In this document: piece after piece, positions 38,100 to 47,168 of the stretch
Numbering within the stretch: the first letter of the stretch is position 1
Layout of the letters: each line of letters begins with the position of its first letter
From: a virus
Taxonomy: Duplodnaviria; Caudoviricetes
Virus record (IMG/VR): IMGVR_UViG_3300028388_005459
Span: 1-62,349 of that record
Strand: one strand, 5' to 3'
DNA length: 62,349 nt
Translations under genes and position numbers: made by a program
Notes under the pieces: model-generated
What the model was told of the DNA's origin: nothing
Databases searched by the model: none
The model's input: only the letters and a program-made list of their open reading frames with translations

Positions 38100-38443
38100 T
38101 GAATATCTCTGACTATCTAAACCAGAAAGCTGTTTATTGGGGAGCGCCAACAAAAGGGCAGTGGGGCACGACGTTTGCAGACCCGATTGAGATCGATTGC
38201 CGTTGGCAATTCGTGATGCAGCAGTTTATTGACCCCTCGACAGGCAAGGCGCATGTCAGCCGAGCCATCGTATACTGCAATCAGGATTTGGACCTTGATG
38301 GGTATCTTTGGCCTGGTGAACTGTCAGAGCTTGACAGCGGGATTGATAGCCCGATTGATTTGGCTGAGGCCCATCGAATTCGTTCCTGGGAAAAGACGCC
38401 AGATTTGAAAGCAGAGCAGTTTTTAAGGAAGGCGATATTATGA
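38096..38443 (+). CDS. head closure protein
   Basis: Size and position; Q.AVYW. Confidence 0.6.
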   Translation: MMNISDYLNQKAVYWGAPTKGQWGTTFADPIEIDCRWQFVMQQFIDPSTGKAHVSRAIVYCNQDLDLDGYLWPGELSELDSGIDSPIDLAEAHRIRSWEKTPDLKAEQFLRKAIL

Positions 38444-38811
38444 AGGTGGCGGGAAACGTTGACGGGTTCGAGAAGATCATGAGGAAGTTAAATCAGCATG
38501 TCAACAAGATTGAAAAAAGAACGCCGCAAGGGGTTTTTATGGCTTGTCAACTCGTCAAGGGCGAAAGCCAGAAGCTCTGCCCTGTCGATACTGGTAACTT
38601 GATCAACTCTGCATACGTCGACATACGACAAACAACAGAGGGCAGAGTTATTGGCGAGGTTGGGTATACAGCAGCGTATGCAGCATTTGTCCATGAAAAT
38701 GTAACTGCGCACTTTCAAAAGCCGACAGCAGAGCCGAAGTTTCTCGAGAAAGCGATTACCCGGAATGGAAAAGAGATACTTAGGACAATCGCGGCGTGGT
38801 CGAAAGTATGA
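38440..38811 (+). CDS. HK97 gp10-like neck protein
   Basis: PVDTGNL..S, YAAFVHE, KFLE. Confidence 0.85.
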   Translation: MKVAGNVDGFEKIMRKLNQHVNKIEKRTPQGVFMACQLVKGESQKLCPVDTGNLINSAYVDIRQTTEGRVIGEVGYTAAYAAFVHENVTAHFQKPTAEPKFLEKAITRNGKEILRTIAAWSKV

Positions 38812-39215
38812 ACACTCCATCAAAGGACATAATGGCAATACTCGTCGACGCCGGGATTGCGTCTGCTGTCGCGAATAATGATTGGTTTGTGGTGGGAGAA
38901 GATTTTCCCATCACGCCAGATCGAGCGATTCGAGTTATGATCAGCGGAGGAAACGCGCCTGCGCTAAATCTCGATGGTGATGTTACATACGATCAACCCA
39001 CCGTCCAAGTGATGGTCAGGGGCAAAAGAGAGGATCGCCAAGCCGCTGAAGAGAAAGCCAGAGCGATTCGAGACGAGTTGCATGGGCTCAGAGACGAGGC
39101 GTGGGGAGGATCTCGATATATACAGATTTGGGCCCGCGGAGACATATTGGCTGCGGGACAAGACGAGAAAGAGCGACCATTTTATTCGGTCAATTTTTTA
39201 CTCTGGAGAAGATAA
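38808..39215 (+). CDS. tail terminator
   Basis: PTVQVMVRG; DEKERP..SVNF. Confidence 0.75.
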   Translation: MNTPSKDIMAILVDAGIASAVANNDWFVVGEDFPITPDRAIRVMISGGNAPALNLDGDVTYDQPTVQVMVRGKREDRQAAEEKARAIRDELHGLRDEAWGGSRYIQIWARGDILAAGQDEKERPFYSVNFLLWRR

Positions 39216-39227
39216 TAGGAGGCAGGC

Positions 39228-39656
39228 ATGTCAAATGCTCAGTCAGGTGTTGGTGTAAGTTTTAAGAAAGGCGACGGGACCTCGAACGAGTCCTTCACCG
39301 CCATCGCTGAAGTGAAAAACCTTAACGGCCCCTCAATGTCGAGAGGCACCATTGATGTTACGAATCTCGATAGCACCGGCGGCTATCGCGAGTTCATCAC
39401 GGCGTTTCGCGACGGCGGTGAATGCTCCATGACCATGAACTTTACCCGCGCGGGGTATGACGATCTCAAAACGGATTTCGATTCCGAAGACTCGGTGAAT
39501 TATCAGATTTCGATTCCGTCCCCGAACGCCATGACGCTCGAATTTACGGGGTATATTACGAACCTCGCCGGGCCCAACGCGACGCCGGACGGTGCGATTG
39601 AAGCCGAAGTCACCATTAAAATCGACGGCGAAATCACCTGGTCCAGCGGCGCGTAA
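39228..39656 (+). CDS. tail tube protein (lambda gpV-like)
   Basis: IDVTNLDS.GGYREFI...DGG. Confidence 0.88.
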   Translation: MSNAQSGVGVSFKKGDGTSNESFTAIAEVKNLNGPSMSRGTIDVTNLDSTGGYREFITAFRDGGECSMTMNFTRAGYDDLKTDFDSEDSVNYQISIPSPNAMTLEFTGYITNLAGPNATPDGAIEAEVTIKIDGEITWSSGA

Positions 39657-39693
39657 AAGCGACTCGCGCTTAATCGAGAGAAAGGAATAGGAA

Positions 39694-40059
39694 ATGGCGA
39701 TTCTAACCAAAGACCAAGCCAAGCAAGCGTGCCCGCGCCTCAAAACGAAGGTCGTTTCGGTCCCGGAATTAGGAGAGGGGGCAGAAATCATCTTGCGAGA
39801 GATGACCGCAGCAGATCGGGATTTATTCGACGCGGAAATTTATCAAGAGAAAGAGGATGGGACTTTTCGCATTGAGCGAATCGGGATGAAAAGGAAGATG
39901 GTTCGCTATTGCGCTGTCGACGAGAATGGCGAGCAGCTATGGACGAGAGAGGAAATTGGCGCTCTCCCCAATAATCTCGTCCTTCGACTCTTTCTTGCTG
40001 CTACGGAACTCAATCAGGATGCTGATGAGGATGGGCTTGAGGAAGAGGAAAAAAACTGA
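39694..40059 (+). CDS. tail assembly chaperone (gpG-like)
   Basis: Position; ends in a slippery sequence. Confidence 0.85.
   Translation: MAILTKDQAKQACPRLKTKVVSVPELGEGAEIILREMTAADRDLFDAEIYQEKEDGTFRIERIGMKRKMVRYCAVDENGEQLWTREEIGALPNNLVLRLFLAATELNQDADEDGLEEEEKN
40050..40056 (+). other. -1 programmed frameshift site A AAA AAC
   Basis: The -1 frame is open into 40071-40451. Confidence 0.8.
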
Positions 40060-40070
40060 AGCGGCGGCCA

Positions 40071-40451
40071 ATGCTCTTGTTCGCTCATCGTCTCGCTTTG
40101 CAAGTGGGCGAGCCGGACGTTGGTCGCCTTTTGACGACGCTAAGCACAAGCCAGATGAGGGCGTGGATGGCATACTATCGACTCGAGCCATTTGGATCAT
40201 ACCCAATATTTTGGAGCGCAGCGAGGATCTGTCTTGCAGTTGTGAGCGTTGCGCAATCATGGGCAGGGAAGCGACCAACTGCGAGACTCGAAGATTTCCT
40301 CCCCAAATTTGGGACAAGAAAGAAATCTCCCAAAGAGCTTGGGGCGGAGATCGCGTCTGTTTTCAAAGAGGCGGGAGCAGTCCATGTCCCGAAGAGCGAG
40401 CGCGCGAAACGGCGGCGCGAGCGCAGAGCTAAAAAGAAAGGCAAGGAATAA
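40071..40451 (+). CDS. tail assembly chaperone, frameshifted part (gpT-like)
   Basis: LALQVG...WMAYYRLEPFG; -1 frame relative to the upstream ORF. Confidence 0.8.
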   Translation: MLLFAHRLALQVGEPDVGRLLTTLSTSQMRAWMAYYRLEPFGSYPIFWSAARICLAVVSVAQSWAGKRPTARLEDFLPKFGTRKKSPKELGAEIASVFKEAGAVHVPKSERAKRRRERRAKKKGKE

Positions 40452-43400
40452 TGGCAGATCAAAGCCTCGGGACACTCAGCGCTCAAATAGGCGCCAACAC
40501 GACAGCACTTAAGCGGGCTGAAAGAGAGGTCCGTAATCTGACCTCGCGCATGGAGCGCGAAATGAATCAGATGGCGAAGACCGGCACGCGTTCGACAGGC
40601 GCCGTAGGTGCTGGCTGGTCGAAGATGGCCAAGGGAGTCGCGGGCGCTGCTGGGGCTTTTTTCTCTGTTACTCTGGCGATTCAAGCAACGAACCGGGCTT
40701 TGCAAGAATCGATCCGCTTGTATGCAGCCTTCGAAAAAGAAATGAAGGTTGTTCAAGTGACGTCTCAGGCCACGGGCGCAGAGATGGAGCGCATGACGAC
40801 GCTTGCCCGCGAAATGGGACGCACAACTGAATTTACGGGGACCCAGTCGGCTGAGGCTCTGCGCTTTTTGTCGATGGCAGGGTTGACAGCGAGCGAATCA
40901 ATGGAAGCTCTGCCACAAATGCTCGATCTTGCAACGGCGGGGTCTATTGGGCTGGGAGAAGCTGCGGACATTGCCACAAATATTCTCAGCCAAATGGGCA
41001 TGGAAGTTTCAGAGCTTTCGGATGTCTCTGATACTCTTGTGGCGGTGCAGGCAAGCGCGAATACGAATATCCTTGAAGCGGCGCAGGCGTTTGTCTACGC
41101 CGGAACGATGGCAAAGAAATTTAACACCGACGTTACGGAGCTCTCAGCCATGATCGGCATCATGGCAAACAACGGGATCAAAGCGAGCATGGCGGGCACG
41201 ACATTGCGCCAAGCGATGATGGACTTGCTTGATCCGTCGGATAAAGCCGCCGCGATTCTTGATCGCTACGGCATTAATGTTACGAAGGCGGACGGGTCGA
41301 TTCGTGATTTTATTGATATCCTTTACGATCTTGCGGACGCGAATCTTAATGCTACAGAGACCATCCAGCTTTTTGGAGCGCGAGGGCAAAATATCAGTTT
41401 AGTTCTCGATGAAGGACGCGAAGGGATCAGGCGCTATGTCGCAGAGTTGCGCAGCATGGATGGGATGGCAGAGCAGGCAGCAGATACGATCCGCGATAGC
41501 TTGTGGGGGCAACTTAAGGCGCTCGAGTCTGCGGCGCAATCTGTCGGACTCGCTTTGGGGGAGGAGCTCGAGGGCGGCTTGGTTGACGTTATCGATGCCG
41601 GCATCCGCCTGCTAAATCATATCGAGTCTGAATTGATTCCCCAGTTCGGATCTCTTGGGAGCGCGATTTCGGATGTTGTCGAGACTGCAGACACTTTAAT
41701 CTCCGCATTTAGGGGGATAAAGCAATGGGGAGATAAAGTCCAGCCAGATTGGATGGACGAGATTCTCCACGCCGACACAAAAGGGCTTGATCGTCTTGTG
41801 GGTCTGATTCAGAAAGGCGCGCAAGCGACAGGGTTATGGGTTGGGACTGGCGGAGAATTGGGAGGGATTCGTCCTACGTGGACGAAATGGCATCGACAAC
41901 AAAGGCGCGAAGGCTTACGCGAGATGCACCCGACGCAAGGCCGCTGGGCGACAGAGACAGAGACAGAGGGTCCGGGAGGCATTGGTGGCAGACTCGAGTC
42001 TGAGCATTCGATTGAAAGGGAAGTTGAGAAGCTGAAGACGCAATGGGAGGCTGCCGCCGCAGAGATAGAAGGAGATATTGCGGAGGACGTGAAGAAGGCG
42101 ACAACAAGCGCGGCGCAGTTGCGCTTGGAGCAATATGACAAAGAGATTGAGAAGATGCAGGATTCTGTGGAGTTCATGCGCGCCACAGAATCCCAAAAAC
42201 AGAATATCATGGCGATGATGGCGAAGAAAAGAAAAAAACTCGCTGAGCAAGCGCAAGAGGAAGAGACAGGAACGGGAGGTGGCGGCGGAGCAGATTTGGT
42301 TGAAGAGCAGCAGCAGAGAAACAAGGAAATTCTGCGCCTCCAGAAGAGCTTGACGGGAGACATAAAGCGACAGACAATGGAGCGGCTTGAGTATAAGCTT
42401 TGGGCGTTTGATCAGGAAAAGAAAGCCATTAAAGAATCGGAAGCTTATTATGTCGCGTCCGCTGATACCAAGGCGGAAATTGACAGCCTGCTATCGGACA
42501 AGCGGCTACAAATTGAGAAACAAATAAACGACGAGATCAAAGAAGAGCGCCAAAAACTATACGACCACGTTTCGCGCATGGGCATGACTTCGGTTGAACG
42601 CATGCAGTCAAATCTTGACGGTATGCGCGATAAAATTATGGAGACATTTGGCCCTGACAGCGAAGTCATGAACATGTTCAAGAATTTCCAGGAGATCGAG
42701 CTTGATATTACCGGGTATCTTGGCAGACAGCAAGAATACGATGCCAAGCTTGATTATTTGGAAGATTATATTACTCAGCGCTACGAAATGTTGGAAAAGG
42801 CCGAAGGGGGTGAGCGGCGACTTATCAAAAATCATTTGGGGGCGCTCGAACAAGAGTATCGTAATATTCGGATCGCCGAGTTAGAAATGAATACTGATAT
42901 TATGTCCGGCATTGAGCGCGCCGCATTGAAAATGCGCAACGAATGGGAAGACGCCGCCACTTCGGTTGAAAATATGATGAACAGTCTTGCCGGACACATG
43001 ACCGACGCGATTGTTGATTTTGTGGATACCGGCACATTTGAGTTTGAAAAATTCGCGCGTTCGGTGCTTAAGGATCTTATGCGGATTGCTACTCAAAAAC
43101 TGGTAGTCGCGGCTATTTCCACTGCCACCAGCCTGATTGGTATTGCCGACGGCGCGGCGTTTTCCGGCGGTGGTGGCAACATGATTCAGGCCTACGGAGA
43201 TGGCGGGGCTTTCACTAATACCGTGGTCGATAAGCCGACGATGTTTCGATATGGCGGCGGACTCGGCGTCATGGGAGAAGCAGGCCCAGAAGCCATTATG
43301 CCTCTCCAGCGTGGACCGGATGGCAAGCTGGGCGTGTCGGCCCAGGGTGGTGGACAGCAACGTCCTGTTATTGATGGCCGATTTGTTTTTCAGTTTGACC

Positions 43401-43504
43401 GTGAAAACCTTGTCGGCGACTACCTGACGACGCCGGAAGGTGGACGTGCGCTGGTTAAAGCCGTGCGCGAAAACGGCGAAGAAATTAGGGCGGTGTTGCA
43501 ATAA
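40451..43504 (+). CDS. tape measure protein (TP901 family)
   Basis: 1017 aa; AGTTLR core; C-terminal MGEAGPEAIMPL. Confidence 0.93.
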   Translation: MADQSLGTLSAQIGANTTALKRAEREVRNLTSRMEREMNQMAKTGTRSTGAVGAGWSKMAKGVAGAAGAFFSVTLAIQATNRALQESIRLYAAFEKEMKVVQVTSQATGAEMERMTTLAREMGRTTEFTGTQSAEALRFLSMAGLTASESMEALPQMLDLATAGSIGLGEAADIATNILSQMGMEVSELSDVSDTLVAVQASANTNILEAAQAFVYAGTMAKKFNTDVTELSAMIGIMANNGIKASMAGTTLRQAMMDLLDPSDKAAAILDRYGINVTKADGSIRDFIDILYDLADANLNATETIQLFGARGQNISLVLDEGREGIRRYVAELRSMDGMAEQAADTIRDSLWGQLKALESAAQSVGLALGEELEGGLVDVIDAGIRLLNHIESELIPQFGSLGSAISDVVETADTLISAFRGIKQWGDKVQPDWMDEILHADTKGLDRLVGLIQKGAQATGLWVGTGGELGGIRPTWTKWHRQQRREGLREMHPTQGRWATETETEGPGGIGGRLESEHSIEREVEKLKTQWEAAAAEIEGDIAEDVKKATTSAAQLRLEQYDKEIEKMQDSVEFMRATESQKQNIMAMMAKKRKKLAEQAQEEETGTGGGGGADLVEEQQQRNKEILRLQKSLTGDIKRQTMERLEYKLWAFDQEKKAIKESEAYYVASADTKAEIDSLLSDKRLQIEKQINDEIKEERQKLYDHVSRMGMTSVERMQSNLDGMRDKIMETFGPDSEVMNMFKNFQEIELDITGYLGRQQEYDAKLDYLEDYITQRYEMLEKAEGGERRLIKNHLGALEQEYRNIRIAELEMNTDIMSGIERAALKMRNEWEDAATSVENMMNSLAGHMTDAIVDFVDTGTFEFEKFARSVLKDLMRIATQKLVVAAISTATSLIGIADGAAFSGGGGNMIQAYGDGGAFTNTVVDKPTMFRYGGGLGVMGEAGPEAIMPLQRGPDGKLGVSAQGGGQQRPVIDGRFVFQFDRENLVGDYLTTPEGGRALVKAVRENGEEIRAVLQ

Positions 43505-43716
43505 TGTTACCGTCAATCAGAGCTGGGTCCTTGCCGGCATGGCTTGAGAGCCGAAATATAGAAGCCCAGTTGATTCATAGCGCCTGGTTGCGGAAAATAC
43601 CGGCGCTTAATGACCTTGCCATTGCACTGGATGAGCGGCAATTTGAGCGATCAAGGTCATACACACTTTGCACGCCGATGGACATGATAAACAGAAAATC
43701 AGGGAATAGGTTTTAA
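43504..43716 (+). CDS. hypothetical protein
   Basis: TAATG coupling. Confidence 0.45.
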   Translation: MLPSIRAGSLPAWLESRNIEAQLIHSAWLRKIPALNDLAIALDERQFERSRSYTLCTPMDMINRKSGNRF

Positions 43717-43719
43717 CAC

Positions 43720-45438
43720 ATGTCCATCGATTATATTGCCGTCACCATCCCTTTTCAGCCTGTTGCGTCAATAAGCGAAACCCTGGAATGGCGGACTGAC
43801 GTTATTACAAGCCGAAACGGAAATGAGCAACGGGTGCAGTTGAGAGATCATCCGCGTAGGTTTCTCGAATATACTTATTGGTTTTCCGATCCATACCACC
43901 AAAGCATGTTTGATTCTATCATTTATCGGTGGCGCGGGAAGTTATATGGCGTCCCGATATGGAGCCAAGTCCGGACATTTGACGGGCCGTTGTCAAGTGG
44001 TAGCGGGTCGATAACATGCGATACAACAAATTCGGAAATTGTCAACGGCGGCATTGTTATTATCTGGCAGGATAACGACACATATGAAATCCGTAATGTT
44101 GACACTAAGACCGATTCTTCGATTACACTACGAGATGCCACGACGGTGGCCTTCACCGCGTCAACATTGCATATAGCTCCGGTTACTTCCTGCACGATTA
44201 GCCGCATGGCTGAACAGTCAATATATACTCACAATGCCGGGTCGACAGAGATAAGGTTTGAAACAACCGCATTGCCGGAAGATCCGACCGGAACAGCCCC
44301 AACTCAATACAACAGCATGGACCTTTTTACCGATTTTTATCTGACTGGCCAAGGATCAAAGGCGACACTTCAGCATCAGGTAGAGCGGGTTGACAACAAG
44401 TCTGGTGCTTTCGAATTATATCGAAACAAGCTGATACCGGATGTAACGTATTTGTTTGATGGGCTGTATTCGGGCCGGTCGGATATTTGGCAGTTTCGGT
44501 ATTGGTTGTATCGTCGCAAGGGGCGACTTGTCCCTTTTTACGCGCCGACGTGGCGCAAAGATATTTCATTGTATAGCTCAATTGGGGCGGCTGACACGAC
44601 GATACAGATCAAGCCGATTGGTTGGGAAAAAAGCTACGAAGATGATCATAGGAAATATTTGTTGTTTCGATGGCAGAACAAAACCAACATCGTTCGTGAA
44701 ATAACGGGCGTTGCGACTTCGGCAAATTATGAAACACTAACCATTGATTCATCTCTCGGATTAGCGGGCGGCGCGGATGATTTTCGCTCTATTTCGGTTT
44801 TGCGGATGTGTCGGTTGGGCGCCGACCGGATCATTATGACTTACCCAAAAGCCGATATTATGAAAACGAGTTTCCCGATCATTGAAGTTATCGACCAAGA
44901 TGCTTTCGACGATCCAAACGCGCCGGGCTGGGATGGTGATGGCGCGGTCGCTTACTTGTGGTATAAAATCGAGGGGCTTGGTATTCAGGTTCCGGATTTA
45001 TCTTCATATTACATCATCAAAGTTCCGATTATTCAAATGAGAACCGATCCGGCCGAATGGCGATGGTATGAGCCGCACGATATGAGTGGCGGCACAGTTC
45101 ATGTCTCTCGGGAAGTCGGTTCTTATGAAGGCGAAAAGGCGGCCGATGATGACCAGTGGACTTTTTGGTCCACGGGAGGAACTGTAGCACAAAATACTGA
45201 ATGGTGGGCATATGAGTTTGCTTCGGCCACCGTGATCAGAGAAATAAGAATAAATGGTAGTGGTGGCATTGCCGGAGTTGTTCCGTATATGTTCACGAAT
45301 TTTACAGTCAAGGCCAGCAATGATTCTACTACTGGACTTGATGGAACATGGACGACTTTGAAAACTGGCTTGCAACCGAATGGTTGGGTAGACAAGCAAA
45401 TAGAATCAAACTATTTCATCATACAAGGTGATGTATGA
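43720..45438 (+). CDS. distal tail-like protein with C-terminal discoidin (F5/8C)-like domain
   Basis: ETLEWRTDVI..NG.EQR; GRLVPFYAPTW; WWAYEF...FTVKASND...WTTL. Confidence 0.65.
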   Translation: MSIDYIAVTIPFQPVASISETLEWRTDVITSRNGNEQRVQLRDHPRRFLEYTYWFSDPYHQSMFDSIIYRWRGKLYGVPIWSQVRTFDGPLSSGSGSITCDTTNSEIVNGGIVIIWQDNDTYEIRNVDTKTDSSITLRDATTVAFTASTLHIAPVTSCTISRMAEQSIYTHNAGSTEIRFETTALPEDPTGTAPTQYNSMDLFTDFYLTGQGSKATLQHQVERVDNKSGAFELYRNKLIPDVTYLFDGLYSGRSDIWQFRYWLYRRKGRLVPFYAPTWRKDISLYSSIGAADTTIQIKPIGWEKSYEDDHRKYLLFRWQNKTNIVREITGVATSANYETLTIDSSLGLAGGADDFRSISVLRMCRLGADRIIMTYPKADIMKTSFPIIEVIDQDAFDDPNAPGWDGDGAVAYLWYKIEGLGIQVPDLSSYYIIKVPIIQMRTDPAEWRWYEPHDMSGGTVHVSREVGSYEGEKAADDDQWTFWSTGGTVAQNTEWWAYEFASATVIREIRINGSGGIAGVVPYMFTNFTVKASNDSTTGLDGTWTTLKTGLQPNGWVDKQIESNYFIIQGDV

Positions 45439-46271
45439 CATATTCCGACTATGAAATAAGTCCATATTCGAGCAACCCGACCGAGCTTTTTCACTTTGCT
45501 GGTTCTCAAGATTGGAGATATTCTTCGTCCGATTCAGACGTGACTTATGACGGAGAAACATATACAGCGATACCGATAAGACGCGGGCGGATTCAACAGT
45601 CAAACGAGATGCCAAAATCTGAAATTGAAATTCGTGTTCCGCGAAACAATCCAATGATAGGCGAGCTTGTTTATGGGCTGCCGGAACAGGCTATATCGCT
45701 TACAATATACCGCGTTCAATCGTCTTTTAGTATTGTCCTTTGGAAAGGACGTCTTATGTCCAGGACTTACGATGGCGAAGAGGCGGTGTTGAAGTGTGTC
45801 CCCATTTTTTCGAGCTTGAAGCGCCCGGCGATCAGGCGAAGATATCAAACCAATTGCCCGTATACCCTTTACGATTTGCGGTCATGTCGGGTTGTCAAGG
45901 GTGACTTTGAGGAGGCGGAATCGATATCTGATATTTCGGAAAACGGGTTAACGCTTACTGTCCCTGGGGCTGATTTTTTGGACTGGGGTTACCTGACCGG
46001 CGGGTGGATGTCTGTAACGGCATTAGGTATTGAGCGAATGATTTATGAGCACATAGGGACCACCGTTCGACTTGCTCGTCCTGTGGATTTTGACTACTCG
46101 GTTTATTCGGCCAAATTTTATCCCGGATGCAACCACACGCTGGGTCAATGTCATGATAGATTTGACAACGCCGCCAACTTTGGTGGCTTCCCGGTAATAC
46201 CAAATCGGAACCCATTTGGCTCTGGCGGCCTTCAGCCAAATTCGCCGAATCCGACTGTCAACAACCGCTAA
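45435..46271 (+). CDS. tail tip protein, GTA/BR0599 (gpL-like) family
   Basis: CPYTLY...C; PGCNHTLGQCHDRFDN..NFGGFP. Confidence 0.85.
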   Translation: MTYSDYEISPYSSNPTELFHFAGSQDWRYSSSDSDVTYDGETYTAIPIRRGRIQQSNEMPKSEIEIRVPRNNPMIGELVYGLPEQAISLTIYRVQSSFSIVLWKGRLMSRTYDGEEAVLKCVPIFSSLKRPAIRRRYQTNCPYTLYDLRSCRVVKGDFEEAESISDISENGLTLTVPGADFLDWGYLTGGWMSVTALGIERMIYEHIGTTVRLARPVDFDYSVYSAKFYPGCNHTLGQCHDRFDNAANFGGFPVIPNRNPFGSGGLQPNSPNPTVNNR

Positions 46272-46283
46272 GGAGTATTTGTT

Positions 46284-46535
46284 ATGGGATACTTGACTTT
46301 GATTTTTTACCTTGTCGTTTTGTTGGTCTCGGTTGTCCTTTACTTGGCGATGCCGAAGCCGAAGCCAAATTTCAACCAGGGGACCCCGCCGCCAGCAAAA
46401 GAGGTTGAGGTGCCTACGGTTTCGCAGTCTGCCATTATCCCGGTGGTTTTTGGGTCTGTTTGGCTGAATCACCCGAATGTTGTTTGGTATGGCAATGTTG
46501 GCGTGACGCCAATTATGAAGCAAGTTTGTTGGTAG
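46284..46535 (+). CDS. small tail assembly protein
   Basis: Hydrophobic N-terminus; IPVVFG...PNVVWYG. Confidence 0.75.
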   Translation: MGYLTLIFYLVVLLVSVVLYLAMPKPKPNFNQGTPPPAKEVEVPTVSQSAIIPVVFGSVWLNHPNVVWYGNVGVTPIMKQVCW

Positions 46536-46537
46536 GA

Positions 46538-46726
46538 ATGCGCGTTTACTCGAAAGATTTACGACAAGCCTTGTATTGCAACAAGGGCGCGCGGAAATGG
46601 TTTGAGCGTCACGGGCTTGATTGGGCAGACTTTATCAAAAACGGAGTTGATATCAGCGAAATAGAACATATCGACGATTCCATGATGCAAAAAATAGTCG
46701 AAAACGTGAGGGCGAAAAATGGGTAA
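46538..46726 (+). CDS. small tail assembly protein
   Basis: YC.KGARKWFERHGLDW..F. Confidence 0.75.
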   Translation: MRVYSKDLRQALYCNKGARKWFERHGLDWADFIKNGVDISEIEHIDDSMMQKIVENVRAKNG

Positions 46727-47168
46727 AAAAGGCCAAGGCGGATGCGAAACTGAAGTTTCCGGGTATTGGTATTCAATGGGGATGCACCTCGTTTTATGCC
46801 ATGGCCCGATTGATTCTATTGTTGGAATTGAGGCTGGCGATGAGGGATTTTACACAACGAACATGCAAAACCTTATTGATACAACTATTGAACGTCCTGG
46901 CCTTTTCGGGGGTGAAAGAAAAGAGGGTGGGATAAGCGGGAATTTTATTTTTTTAGGTGGCGGATACACTCAAACATGCCCGGATTATTTGTCTGACGCC
47001 ATGCGTCTATCCACTGACCCGCCAGCTTTTCGCGGTGTTGCTTCAATCGTTTTCCATGGTTACGTATCGGCGAACAACCCGTATATCAAGCCCTGGCATG
47101 TAAAAGTTAGGCGCACAAATTGCGAATGGTATCCGGAAAAGGCGTCTATTGATTCGAGGGATGCATGA
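46719..47168 (+). CDS. central tail protein, N-terminal part
   Basis: MGKKG...YSMGMHLVLCHGPID...PAFRG...NPYIKPW. Confidence 0.75.
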   Translation: MGKKGQGGCETEVSGYWYSMGMHLVLCHGPIDSIVGIEAGDEGFYTTNMQNLIDTTIERPGLFGGERKEGGISGNFIFLGGGYTQTCPDYLSDAMRLSTDPPAFRGVASIVFHGYVSANNPYIKPWHVKVRRTNCEWYPEKASIDSRDA

